Shown one piece after another: positions 12,530 through 25,505 of a DNA stretch of 64,000 nucleotides; within the stretch, counting starts at the first letter, position 1; every line of letters starts with the position of its first letter. Source of the stretch: Camelus dromedarius. Lineage: Eukaryota. A model generated the notes under the pieces. The model saw nothing but the letters and a program-made list of their open reading frames with translations, was not told the origin of the DNA and ran no database searches. A program made the translations under genes and the position numbers. The stretch lies in assembly GCF_036321535.1 (NCBI RefSeq), contig NC_087436.1:98954001-99018000 (forward strand), given 5' to 3'.

Positions 12530-12985
12530 TCAGACAGTATGTGATATATTATGTTTGACTTTTTGGATACAAATTTTAAGAAACACATTGACAAAATTTG
12601 AATGTGTCTGGAGAAAAAATGAAAAGATGGTGAAGTGTCTAGAAGACAGGACATAAAAAAAAATGACTGAGAGATTGGGATTATTCACCTTGAAAAAGAC
12701 CACACTTAATCAGCATTAATAAAAGCATTGAAATATTTGAATGGTTACCTCACAAAAGGGACAGTGAACCCACCCTGTTACTTCTAAGTAACACACTAAG
12801 AACAACCATTGAAAGTTATCCCCCCAAAAGATGAATTTGGCTTAGAATAAGGAAAGTGTTTTCAACAGTTACGATTTTTTAAAAGTAGAACATTTAGCCT
12901 TATGAAGGAATGTGTTCATTAAAATTCAAAATTTTAACCATTGACCAGATTACTATTATGCACTATTATGAGGAACAGATTTCAA
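12530..12985 (+). mobile_element. L3/CR1 LINE 3' fragment
   Basis: ttttaagaaacacattgacaaaatttgaatgtgtctggag ... gatggtgaagtgtctagaa ... ttgggattattcaccttgaaaaaga ... ttggcttagaataaggaaag, following the CR1/L3 3' motif order. Confidence 0.72.
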
Positions 12986-13036
12986 AAGGATTATAAGAAG
13001 AATATTGAATCATGCTTTATTATATATTTTATTATT

Positions 13037-13175
13037 ACCATGAGGTAGGTATTATTATTTCTATTTTGTGTAGAAGTGAGACATGGAGAGTTAAGTAACT
13101 AAACAAAGTTATACAGGTAACAAGTGGTAGACTGTGTTTCTAGTTGAATTCTATATGATCACAAAGCCCTCCTTT
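13037..13175 (-). mobile_element. MIR SINE fragment
   Basis: atgaggtaggtattattatttctatttt ... gagagttaagtaact core. Confidence 0.75.
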
Positions 13176-13444
13176 TAAGCCCCTTATATGGAAAACAACA
13201 GAAAATACAGAGGCAAAATGTCAATAGCAGTTTTCTCTTGAGTGGTAAAATTTTTAAAAAATGATCTTTCTTTATACCTGTGTTATTAAAAACTTTCCAT
13301 AACAAATATTTATTATATTAAATAAAATTTTGACTATTTTATGTTTTAAAACAGAAATGTGAAGACCATGATATTTTCAATTAATCTGTTTTAATTGCAC
13401 ATCTATTTTATTTCAGGAATATTTCCTACAATTGAATTTTAATT

Positions 13445-13593
13445 AACAATCCTTTATTTATATTTATTTACTTATGTGTGTATTTGGGGGGCAGGTAATT
13501 AGGTTTGTTTGCTTAATGGTCGTACTGGGGATTGAATCCTGGTCCTCATGCATGCTAAGCATGCGCTCTACCAATGAGCTATACTCTCCCCCC
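13445..13593 (-). mobile_element. tRNA-Ala-derived SINE (camelid vic-1 type), second copy
   Basis: + strand gtactggggattgaatcctggtcctcatgcatgctaagcatgcgctctaccaatgagctatactctcccccc. Degenerate TSD aattgaattttaatt (13430-13444) / aaataaattttaatt (13594-13608). Confidence 0.9.
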
Positions 13594-14889
13594 AAATAAA
13601 TTTTAATTGAATTTATGAGTTACAATCATTGCTAAGAGGTCCAGTAATATCTTTTTCTTTTATATTTCCAATCATAATCAGACATACTCTCTTTTAGGTA
13701 TTCTTTTATTTTTTTCTGTGTTTAGTAAATTTCACATATCCCTTGTCCTATTTATTTGTTTGCTTACCATTTATTGAAGAGTTTTCTCTAAATGTGATAC
13801 TTTTATAAGAGACAAGATGAAAATTTCTTATGTCTGTTCACGATGCATTTGGTTCCAGCATTTTCCCTTTCACATACCCTGCTAGTGAGTAAAGCAATTT
13901 CTAGAGCTTCACTCACAATTTTCAGTGACTGTCAGACATTCTTCTCATGAAGATCTACTATTTTGATAGTAGAAAAATAAATTTCATCTATGTCTGTTGC
14001 CTTGAAATGACATTTAGCTCAGATGTAGTAAGTGAAAAGTCACTTTTTAAAAATTTGCATGCACTGCTCTTTGCATTCTTCCTGCCTCTGCTCCTGACCA
14101 CTTGTCTAGAGCAATATTGGTGAGATGGTGACAGCTCACACAGGCTTCAAGAGCCTGTTGAGCACAACTCTTTCCAACTCCGTGTTCATGGATGACACAC
14201 TGGTCTCGAAAGGGAACACTGTGGGAACATTTACGATGTGGAAAAAGGCAAACACCATACAAGAGGGCTTGGTATTTCTGGAAAGCCAGTTAAACATTCA
14301 CCCAGACACTACTAGATCAATGCCTTATACTACTTCCTAATAAGCTAAAAAAGGACTATGCATAAGAGTTTACCTTCTAAAATATGCAAGGCAGAGTTCC
14401 CACTAGTCTTCCTATAAATGACAGAACTAAAAATTCTCAAACCAATTCAATAGTTTGTGAATCTTAGTTTATGTGCTATTATGATCATGTAGATTTTCAA
14501 GAAAAAGCTGAGAGGGGAGAGAGAATGGACTTAAAGAATTGTTTTCCTGAAATTTCTAGCTTAGCATCATTTCATCTGAAAATTTCAATGAAAGTAAATA
14601 TTTAATGCTTTTTTCCTATAATTTATTTTCAAATATGAACTGATTTGTTATAATTGTCCTCGGCCAAAATGTAAATGTTAAGAGTGTTACTATGTAAATT
14701 AAGTATCCATATGTAGGTACAAAGAAGCTGGTAACTGTGAACATTATATTATATTCCTTATTCTCTGCCATTTACTTTTTAATAGTTATAAGTTTCTGAG
14801 TATAGAAGACAACTTAAAGTGCATTTATTTTTAACTTTCAAGACACGATTAACACCCACAATCCTATGCCTTCTAAATAATACAAGAAT

Positions 14890-15000
14890 CCATTCATTAT
14901 CAAATATTTATTGAATGTCTAATGTTATCCAGACACTCATCTTAGTGATAGGGTGGAGACATAACAAACATTCTGGTCTTCACAGAGTTATTATTTCAGG
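14890..15000 (-). mobile_element. L2 3' terminal fragment
   Basis: cattcattatcaaatattttattgaatgtctaatgttatccagacact. Confidence 0.65.
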
Positions 15001-16385
15001 AGTTTTCAGATTAGAGCATTATTTAACTTGTTTCATTTTGTGCAAATGACTTTACCTCACTTTTTATCTACCTTTCTCCAAAACCTGATTCTGCTGATAG
15101 CATTTTGTTATTGACAACATTTTTCAGCATTTACATCTTACTTTGCTTTAGGCAAAGGCAATAAAAACATCGGCTGAATTATCTTAATAATATGAAGGAG
15201 TATCTCTCCCCAAACCTTTCTGCCATGCAACTTGCTTCTACGTAAACATTCCTTTTTAAAATAAATGCACCAAGTAAAATGTATACACATATTCATTCAT
15301 TCATTTTTGTTTTTATCATAAAGGACAAGAATATGTGCATAGTATAAGAATTTAGTAGTTTTCTCTCTATCTCATTGTTTTGCAAGGATCTTTGGTTGGT
15401 GCCATTGGCTTAGAGTCCTTTTTTGAGGTCAGGATTATTATTGGCTACCATGCAGAATTCTTCATGCAGGTATTCTGTTTGTCTGGAGTAATTTATGTAT
15501 GTCAATATGCACATGTGTGTTTAATGATCAAGGCATACAAACAGGAACAACATTAATTTTACTGTAGTTATATTGTATTCAAAAATAGAAGTATAAAAAA
15601 TTAAAGTACTCTCTAATGACACTCTAATATAAGCATATTTTAAAACCCTTCCATAGAAACATTGGAAAATCTAGTAAAAATATAGCATATCAAAATTGTT
15701 TAAGCGATCCTACCAAAAAGTGATTGTAGAAAAAGAAATCCCTAGGTTTCATAAAAGAAGAATGAACACAACAACAGATCTGTGAGCTTACGGGCTGACA
15801 ATGCAGGGCCACTGGTCAGTGTGGGAGAGGGGAGGGGAGAGTGGGATGGATCTAAATTTAATCTCTAAGGAAACAGATCAGACCTTGTGACTGTGATGGA
15901 TAGTGGAAATCAAGACCTTGGCACAGAAGTGGGACTTCTGAAATATTGTACCTTCGAGAAAAGGAGAATTGGCAGATGTTTACTTGTTGGTTCAGGGAGA
16001 TGGCACAACATTTGTCTCTGCTCAAATTCTGGATGTACAAATAAAAATCTGTTGTGAGAAACAGAGAAACAAAAACTTTTTTTTCGCTAAGTATGAGGTT
16101 TAAGTCTAAGTTACAAACCATTTTGATGGAGAAAAATACCAAGGAAAAATTAACATAAAATTCAACCTGACAGTGATATTTTTCAGGCATTTGGCTGAAT
16201 AAATAAAATGAAACAGAACAACAAAATCTGTGAAAGGACATATCCACAACCTGAGCCACATTTTGTTCCCTGATGGAAAAGAAATCTCTCTTAAAAATGA
16301 ATTCACATTAAAAACTTAAAAACCAATATGAGCCAGAATCAGTAAGAGCAATGAATACAAAACTTAGCACTGTGATTCTCAAAAA

Positions 16386-16497
16386 CATAAGATAATGGAA
16401 CAATATAAAAATGACTATAAATTATGTCAATATAAAATGATCATAAATTATGTCATAAGATAATGGAACAGTATAAAAATGACTATAAATTATGTCA
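16386..16497. repeat. Local 44-bp direct duplication with a rearranged partial copy as spacer
   Basis: cataagataatggaaca[a/g]tataaaaatgactataaattatgtca at 16386-16429 and 16454-16497 (1 mismatch). Confidence 0.92.
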
Positions 16498-16649
16498 TAT
16501 CACCTTCACTAGTACAATTCATTCTAAGCAACTGCCATCTTCTATATCAGTTTTAGAAACAAAAACTAAATCATGCTACTACTTCCACCAGTGTCCGCTC
16601 TGAACTTATCTCACCATAACAGGTAAAGGAAACTGGCTAAAATTCATTT

Positions 16650-17140
16650 AACACCATTGCTCAGAGCCTCTCATTAATTTTCTAGTTCACAAACAACAAA
16701 ACCCCAAAACTTTGCACTGGCTCAAAATGTTCGACATGATATGTCCCACCTCTCTGTCTCCCAGGTTTCATCTCCTGTCTGTCTTCCCTTTACTTGCATC
16801 CCTCAAGCCACACTAGCCTCCTTGCTGTTCCTTCTACTCTTAGGGGATGGAATCTCTCTTAATTCCTTCAAGTGTTTACTCAAATGTCCCCTTCTATGTG
16901 AGGATTTTGTTGCTACCCAATCCAAAACTGTAACCCAACTCTCAACTCTCTGCTTTTCTTTTGAGATTAAATTTTCTCTAAATATGTAGCACTATCTTAC
17001 TTATTTTACTCATTGTCTGCCTCCTGGAATCTAAATTTAATAAAGGCAGAGCGCTTTTAAAAAAAAAAAAAAGCCGTTTTATTATTGCTATTTGGTAGCA
17101 CCAAGAAAAAGTCTGAAATATTTGTGTTCAATATACTCAA
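16650..17140 (+). mobile_element. L2 LINE 3' part
   Basis: agccacactagcctccttgctgttcctt ... tccttcaagtgtttactcaaatgtcccct ... cattgtctgcctcc. Confidence 0.78.
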
Positions 17141-17268
17141 CAGATATACACTGAAACTGTAATTATGCAAAAAGTGTATAAACATAAAAACCATTAAAAA
17201 GTCATAAAACAGTAACATTAAAAATAATAAAAAATAAAAATAAATATATAAAAGGAAAATTTTAAGCA

Positions 17269-17657
17269 GTTAAGGATCATGAGATGGGGAGATTGTCCCC
17301 TACTATCTGGGTTCACCCAATATAACCACAAGGGTTCTTATAAGTGAAAGAGGGAGACAGAAGAGTTAGAGTAGGAGATGTGATGATGGAAGCAGAGGCC
17401 CAAAGGACACAACTGCTGGCTGGAAGGAGGCTACAAGCCAAGGGATACAGGCAGCCTCTAGAACCTGGAAAAGAGAAGGAAATAGATTCTCCCCAGAGTC
17501 TCCAGAAGGAACACAGCTCTGCTGACATACTGACTTTTTAGCCCACTGAGACCTATTTTGGACTCCTGAACTCCAGAACTATAAGACAATAAATTGTACT
17601 GTTCTAAGTGACTAAGTATATGGTAATTTGTTACAGAAGCAATAGGAAACTAATATA
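17269..17657 (+). mobile_element. MaLR LTR, MLT1D-like (5' truncated)
   Basis: gttaaggatcatgagatggggagatt ... gattctccccagagtctccagaaggaacacagc ... gtaatttgttacagaagcaataggaaactaata. Confidence 0.9.
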
Positions 17658-17759
17658 GTATATGATAAAAAGGCATTACAAGTCATTAGAAAAGCAATGA
17701 GTCAGTCAGTAAATTAAAAACTTTTTGTGAAAAGCAAAATTTTTGAATTTATTTATCAT

Positions 17760-18050
17760 AAAAGATCTTGATGACATCTGGGCAGAAGAGAGTTTCTTAA
17801 ACAGGGCACAGAAAATATAATCCAAAACACTAGATATTGATCATCACAATTCTATTTAAAAAAAAGTAACATCTGTATGTCAAAAGCCACCATTTAGAAA
17901 CATAAATAAAAGCCTTAAATGAGCTGAAATAAAATATGCAAGTAAAATTAACAAATGATTATTTTTCAGATTATGAAAATGTCTATAAAATTAAGCCAAA
18001 GTGTGAAAATTTGTTCAAACTCAAAACTAATCTGGAAAAATCAACTTTAA
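17760..18050 (+). mobile_element. Old L1 (L1ME-like) ORF2 remnant
   Basis: tttcttaaacagggcacagaaaa ... aacatctgtatgtcaaaagccacca. Confidence 0.55.
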
Positions 18051-18299
18051 GGTTATGACAAAATAATATGCCATGGTCATAAACTGATAAATATTACTGC
18101 TTCAATTGAAACAAACTTTTTTCATAGGATAAACCACTTGGCCATAATGTATTATCCTTTTAAAAATTAGTTGTCCAGGTCCTTTTTGATATCTATTTCT
18201 ACTTTACACTGTGGTCAGATAACATATTAGAAAAGATTTTGTTTTGTTTTGGGTTGAGACTATTGTACATAGTTTCTAGTTTCACGCCTATGTAGTAGT

Positions 18300-18960
18300 T
18301 TTACTTGTATACCACAACTGTATAAACTTTGGATCCTGGAGTTATCCTAAAGGTTCCAAATTCTATCTTGCTTACACATCTTGTAAAGGCTTGGCTTGGG
18401 CTTTGTTGGAGCAGGTCTAAAAGTAGTCCTTCTCTAGGGTGTGGGTCTTCCTCCTAAGACATGGATTTCATGTTCCAGCTGAATCCCAAGGGTGTTAACA
18501 AGGTCTCTGTTCTCTAGCCGACCTGGAATTCCAGTTCCTTCTAGATATGCTCAACATTTAGGATTTCTCTGTCTCAGTCTCATAGCAGCCACTCTTTGCT
18601 AAGACTTAACAAACACTAAGTCCAGCCTTTAGGGAAGAAATGATACAGATCATCTCCCAACTCGCACTGAATTCTTTGTACTACCACCATTCTCTCCCAT
18701 GTCATACTTCTCAGCCATGAATGCTGATCTCTGCCTCCTTTGGTCAGTGGACCCATCTTGCTCTCTTGGACTCCAGCTCTCTGCCCTGAAGTTGGAAAAT
18801 ATTCCCAGGCAGAGAGGCAGGCAGGTAGGTTTTAGTTCATAAGATTTCTTTCTTTCAGGGATCATAGTCTTACACTGCCTTTGTCCAATGACTAAAAACT
18901 GTTGTCTTATATATTTCTTCAAGCATTGTATTTATAGAGGCTAAGTCCCGGCCAGAATTT
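18300..18960 (-). mobile_element. Old L1 5'-region fragment (L1MC/MD-like)
   Basis: gctttgttggagcaggtctaaaagtagtcct ... tctttcagggatcatagtcttacactgcctttgtccaatgactaaaaactgttg. Confidence 0.6.
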
Positions 18961-20289
18961 GCCAGAAGCCAACTTATTCACTTCTGAAAATATTTCCTAT
19001 AAATTATAAACAAATATTTATTCATATTTAATGTATACAAAGGTGAGTATTAAGCACATGGAGATATAGGTGAACAGCACAGACATGCTTACTATCCATA
19101 TGCAATTTGCCAACTAGTAAATTCAACACAATTATAAAAATATGTCCATATAAATTTAGTCCCAATGAATTACTTTGTTATTCACTGAGGAACAGTGTCA
19201 CTGGTTCATATGATTATCTTTCTATTCTTGAACAGAATGAGTGATGCCAGCTATTACCTGTCAGGCTCCCACCTAACAAAAGCAGTTAAAAGAAACAGGT
19301 CCAGAAAGAAGTGTTATTTTGCAATTAGTCGATCTATATATATACGTATGCTATTTTTTCTAAATGGCTTTTAGTAATGTATCAGCAAATGGAGAATACA
19401 GTACATTTATAACATTTTGGTTTTCAAATTATCATCTATTCTAGCATAAATAATCAACACCAATACTGATAATCACATACACAAATTTTTTTAAAATCTT
19501 GGATTTATTTAATTAAATCCATAGCCTTTGTTCAGGAATGAAAATTCCATTTAATAAGCCAGTCATATTCTTTATTTCACTGAATGGAAGTTTGGCATAG
19601 GCATTCCAATGAAAGAAAAAACATTCAATGTAATGCAAAAGAAATTAATCATAAACATGATTTCTATATACAGTATTCCCACAGGAGATCCTGTGAGACT
19701 TGCAACTTTTAAAAAATAATATACTTATTTCGTCTAGGGGACAAGATCAAGATTAATTGAATGGGAATATCCAAGTTTAAGACTGCAACAGAATCATGAC
19801 TTAATTAAAATCAAAATCTCATGGTGTCCTTCAAGTGACACCATAAAGAAATATCAGTGGAGAAGAGTCTGAAATTAATTAAACATCACAGTGAATAATA
19901 ACTCACATAAGCCTATAGTAAAATAAGCTCAGGTTAAGTGAAACAAGAGGAAATCAGGGTTTTTGCTTAACCTGTGGATAAAACAGCACCTGATATTTGG
20001 AACATATTGAGGGGATATTTTTACTGAAACATACACAATTGTTTCTTTTTAATTCATGCCTAATTATTTTACTAATTGATCTAGAAATTTTATATTCCAA
20101 AATTAGCCTTAATTATCTCCATATTTTACACTGAGGAACACTTGAAGCAAAGGGGATTAGACAACACACAAAGTCATATTACAATCTTATTTCTGAGTCC
20201 TGGTTTGGCACAAGGTTATGGGACTAAATGTGAATGTCCTTCATAATTTCCAACAAGAGAATCTAATTAAGCATCTTAATCAATGTTTG

Positions 20290-20460
20290 ACCTTGGAAAA
20301 AGTGACTATTCCACTTAGCAGCTACATGAACTTTAGCAAGTTAGTTAATCTTTCTGTGTTTTGTTTTCCTCATCAATACAAACTAAATAATGCATTTACA
20401 TTATAGGATTAATGAAACTCTAGAATAAGAGAAATAATTAAAGTACATAATGTGTTTCTT
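20290..20460 (+). mobile_element. MIR SINE fragment
   Basis: ccacttagcagctacatgaactttagcaagttagttaatctttctgtgttttgttttcctcatc. Confidence 0.75.
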
Positions 20461-22212
20461 TAGTTGATCAATATCCTCTTCATACTCTTCCTTTTCTTTG
20501 AGATGTTTCTCTTTTGTGAAAACTAAGAGATTTGAATTAGAATCCCTCTCTCTCTCTTTCTCTTTTTCCTCTCTGATGTACAACCTGTTCCTACACAAAC
20601 ACCTACAATACCATCAGAGACAATATATTTAGATGTATTTGGATATATTTTATATCTAATTTTATTTTTTATTACAAACCTAAAGATCTGCATCACTGCC
20701 TATGTTTATAACAAGCCAATGATTTATAGGTAGACATGTTTTTGGCTACGGTCTTTCTTGGTATTCAGATGCCAACTTTGAAACTCTAAACAAGTTTTTA
20801 TTCTATTGGTTTGGCAACTTCTCAAAGGGAGCCCTCTGCTTTACCTAGTGTTTTCTCTTTAGTCCTCAAAGCTGCCATTCTGAATTCCCTCTGTGTGCCC
20901 CTTGTTTTCCACACCTGTAATATTCACCCACCTCTACTCAAAGGAATTCAATTCTATGTTGCCTCAGGGTCCAGCTCAAATTCTATTTTGACTGATTGCT
21001 AGTCCTTACTGATAGAGATGTTCATTTAGACATAGTCTGATTACATGTCCTACTTCTCTAGGACTGAAGTCCCTTGAAATTAGTCTATGAGTTAGGGTCC
21101 TTTGGTCTCAAGCAAAAGAAAATTAAACTCTAATTTTAATTAAAACATAATGTATTGGAAATATATTAAGAAGCATATAGAATTTATTGGATAGTTCTCT
21201 AACTTGAAAACAGATTGGAAAATAGAACATGCACTACCTGACTCCCTTGTTTTATTTTTGTTTTTACCTGCTCTTCAATCTCTGTGCTAAAAAAGTCATT
21301 GTCCTGGGGGCAGAGGAGGGAGATGTAGGATATAAGACTAGTTAATTTGGCTGAGCTTGGATTTACATTCTTTCTATTGCTCTACTGCATCTTGTACCAG
21401 GATGATGAGAAGACATTATGGCCAATGTAGCCTCCAGATCCTTTTAGACCTCTGAAAGGGTAGGGTAGAGCCACTTCATTTCCTATTCCATCAAGACTGC
21501 ATGCAATATTGGGCAGAAAATTCTCCAAAAAAGAAATCCATATGCTGTTAGGGAAAGGAAACCCATGTAACTACTTAAACAAACAAAACAAAACAAAATA
21601 CCTAATAGGACAGGTTTGACTTGTTTCATGTATTGAGTATTTCATCTATGCTATTAGCTGAATGAGATGCCTTCTCTGCACTGTTATGGATGAATTCACT
21701 GTTTAATATTAAGTGTACAGAAAGTGGTAATGCTAAGGGAACCCAGAAAACAGGTGCTGTAATGGGCAGGGGTACCAAGCAACACTTCTTGGTGTCACAT
21801 CACATTACCTAAATTTTTATCTTGCCTGTTATTTGTTACCTGATACTCAACCAGTTTATTCTTAACATGTCAATGGAACTGTTTGAAAAGTGTTGGTAAG
21901 ATGGCCTCTAAATTGTTCAGTTCACATCAACCTAGGTTAGAATCAGATTAGTAACCAATAAAGCCTTACTAATCTAAGAAGATATACTTATTTCCACCAT
22001 ATCGATTTATCTACCACTACCAATATGAATATAAGCTACCTTCTCACCTATTATTATAGATGAACTATTTCAATTTCTATTTAATGCCAAACATCTCACT
22101 TGGGTACTACATACCACAGCCTCTAGCCAACTCCAGACATGCCCCCCAGATTCTCTTTTTGTTTTCCTTTACCAAGAATTGTCCTCCCTACTGAATCACT
22201 TTTATCAGTGTA

Positions 22213-22826
22213 TGGGGTAGGCTGAGTAATGGCCATGCAAGATGTCTAAGTCTTAATCTCCAGAAACTGTGAATACGTACCTTAGATGGCAAAAGATTTT
22301 GTAGATGTAATTAAGTTAAAGATCTTTTTTTTTCCCTTTTTTTCAGTCTAAGTGTCAGATTATTATTTATTGTCACACAAATTTTGAACATTTCTTTGGC
22401 ATTTCAAGCATCTACAAGATGGTTTCCAAGTCTCAAGTTAAGGATCTTGAAATGAGGAAATATCCTGGATTATTCAGGTGGGCCCAGTGTAATCCCAGGG
22501 GTCCTTATAAGAGGAAGGCAAGAGATGAGAAGGAGAGAAGGAGCTGTGGTGATGAAAGCAGAGAGACATTTGACGATGATAGGCTACAGGTTTTGAAGAT
22601 GGAAGAAAAGACCAAGAGCCAAGGAATGTAAGGGGTACTGCTCTTAAAAACTGGAAAAAACGAGCAAATGGATTCTCCCTTAGAGACTTCAGAAAGGACC
22701 AATCCTGACAGCACCTTGGTTTTAATTCTGTAAGACTTATTTCAATGTCTGACTAGAGAGTAAGTTTATGTTCTTTTAGGCCACTGCATTTGTAGCAATT
22801 TGAACAGAGCAATGGGAAACTGCTAG
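22213..22826 (+). mobile_element. MaLR LTR, MLT1D-like, full length, carrying a retroposed insertion
   Basis: ggtaggctgagtaatggcc ... gatgtaattaagttaa[insert]ggatcttgaaatgagg ... ggattctcccttagagacttcagaaagg ... gcaatgggaaact. Confidence 0.88.
22327..22434 (-). pseudogene. 5'-truncated polyadenylated retrocopy (likely an mRNA 3' UTR end) of unknown origin
   Basis: Poly(T) on + strand at 22325-22343; TTTATT (AATAAA on minus) at 22366-22371; 14-bp TSD aagttaa[a/g]gatctt at 22313-22326 and 22435-22448. Confidence 0.8.
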
Positions 22827-22899
22827 AGAGCACAAATATGCTATTATCAGCACATTTAAAAACAAGCATGTGAGCAAAATGTTTACGTAGACTCATTTT

Positions 22900-24090
22900 C
22901 CCCCACTAGCTACCACCCAACTTCTATGTTCTTAGCGTCAACAACAACAAATTCTCCTAAAAATTGTCTGTTCTTGCTGTTTTCAATTCCTCTCCTTCCA
23001 TTCACTCCAAAACACAGTCCAATCAGGCTTTCACTCCCATTACTCTTGTTGAGGTAGGTGCTGGCTTACATATTGCTAAATCCAACGGTCCACACTTCAA
23101 TTTTCATCTTGTATGATCTGTCTGCAGAATTTGACAGTTAATTTTTATATATTTTCTTTGAGTTTGAAAAAAATCATCTCCTCATTATCTTTATTATCTC
23201 TATGGTTATTTCTTGACATCATTTCTGGCTATTTCTATTTCTCCCACCATCCTAATATTGGAGTGTTCAAGAACTAAGGCTCTAGACTTTGTACACTTCT
23301 ACATATACTCTTCCTCAATTTGATGATTATTATATTTAGTCCACTGGCTTCAAATGCCATCTCTATGTCTATAACTCATATCTTCAAGCTTTCTTCAGCT
23401 CTCTCCTCTAAATTCCAGCTTCATTTAAATAATTTCCTACATGAATTTTGAGCAGTTATCTTACCTTCAACATGTACAAATCTGAACTGATCTTCCATCT
23501 CCCTCCCCCAAGGTGGGTCTTCCTTCCTGGTCTGTTGATCACAAATCTAACCAATTCCCTGCTCAGGGCAATTATCTTAAATTGACCTTATGTCTTCTTT
23601 TTTCTCTCACATTCTATATCCAATTTGATAGAATACCACTTCTCAGTCCTTTATCACCATTGTTTGGTTCATCAAGTTTAACAACTGTCTTTTCCATCTC
23701 CACTTTTTTGTCCCTACACTTTACTCTTAACAGCACAGAACCCTGGGTCTCAAATTCTGTAATGTCTTCCCTCTTCTGTCAGAGCAAAAGCCAGAACAGC
23801 CAAAAAAGTGCCCAAAGTGTACTTTACATCCTTACTTCTCTGAGCTGACCTCCTGCTATACACCTCCACTTACTTACTCTAATTCAGTCCCACTGGCCTC
23901 CTTGGCCTTTGTTGAGCATACAGCATACTTCTACCTTAGGGCCTTTGCACTAAATGCCAGTTTTTCTTCCTGGAATAATACCCTCATGATATCTGATGTC
24001 TACATTGCTGAATTTCTTACCTCTTTCAAGTTTTGTCAGACCTTGTCAACAAGTTTTATCCTGGCCATGATATTTTATACTGCTATCTGC
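22900..24090 (+). mobile_element. L2 LINE, long fragment (RT region to 3' part)
   Basis: ccaatcaggctttcactccca ... attgctaaatccaacggtc ... tggcttcaaatgccatctctatg ... cacactggcctcc-like ... ctaccttagggcctttgcact. Confidence 0.85.
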
Positions 24091-25059
24091 TGCCTCAGTT
24101 TGCAGCCAGGTAGTCTTCACTGAAATTGTTGTTGTATTAAATAGTGCATAGATAGATGCACAAATCTTACCATGGAATTTGTTACTTTAGAAAAAAAATT
24201 ATAGTTTAATCTATTGGAACATATACCAAGTATGATAATAGTGGGATGGTACAGAGGGACCTAATCTTGAAAGCTCTTCATAACAACTTAAGCAGATTTA
24301 TAGAAGTAAGTGAACTTATTCATGATCTTCTCTACTCAGAAGGCAGTAAGATGCATGCACAAGAAGGAGCAAAGAAATAAGAACATTTCCATGGTGGAAA
24401 TTTTCCAATTTAAGTAAGCAATGTAGAATGAGGTTAAAAACCTAAAACTAGCTAGTAGCTAGGAGAATCAATTATTTCCACATCTGTGTGACTTCAAAAG
24501 GGCATCAAGTTTCAATTGATGAAATATTGCATCCTTAAAACTCAAAATATTTCTATGATAACGTTGATCTGTATTATACACACATACATAAATAGAATCA
24601 GATACTCTTTTTTAAGTTAGGTCTTGAACACTAAAAGACATGAATAGTTCTGCTATATACCTACTTTGAAAAATCTATTACAAACTATCAAGTAAATCAT
24701 AACCACCTTAAATGCTTGCAATTAGGCATTTACACAATAATCCATGATGACTCCACTGGAATCTTTACGTAGGCTAGAGTAGCAATGCAGTGTGTCAGTG
24801 ATTAGGTATTTACATAATAGTATATAACAGCTCTGAGGAAACCATCACAGACTATCAACTAAATAAAGCAGATTTTTGAAATCTGTAATTTACTATTTAC
24901 TAAATTTTGTAAACTCTCGTAAATGCACATAATAAGCATCCTTATCTTTTTAATTTTGATACAAAGCATGGTGAGACTGTGCCAAATGTTCAGACCACGC
25001 TTTTGTTCCCAAATCTCTGCTCCTCCTTAAAAAACACAACTTGTGACAATTGTCTAAAT

Positions 25060-25505
25060 TAACTTTCTCCATGTATTCATATCTAATTATTTTATTTATC
25101 ACTCTGCAGACATATCTTCATGCCTATTGGTCCACTGATTCCATCTTAGTAAGATCTCTTGCTGAACCCAATGCCTTATTCTCAGCTCTAATCTTACTTA
25201 AACTATCAGCAGTTAACACATTTGATTCCTTCTTGACTCATGTCATAACTAGTCCTTTAAGATTACATACTCTTCTACACCATTACATGTCCTTCCAAAT
25301 ACCACTTGCAGACTTGGCCTCTCACTTAACTATGTTGTAAAGCACAGGGGTTAATTGTAAACTTTTCTCTATCTTATAGGAACCAAAATATCTTATTAAA
25401 ATCCTTTGAATTTAAATACTGTTTATACCTTTGTAACCCAGGTTTTTATGTCCGAGTCCCAGATGCATGTAATAACTGCTTACATTAAATCTCTATGTGA
25501 ATGTT
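25060..25505 (+). mobile_element. L2 LINE fragment
   Basis: ttgctgaacccaatgccttattctcagctctaatcttacttaaactatcagcag motif. Confidence 0.55.

Noticed and set aside
16386..16497. CRISPR-like repeat-spacer unit
   Set aside because: Mammalian DNA, only two repeats, the spacer derives from the repeat itself, and there are no cas genes.
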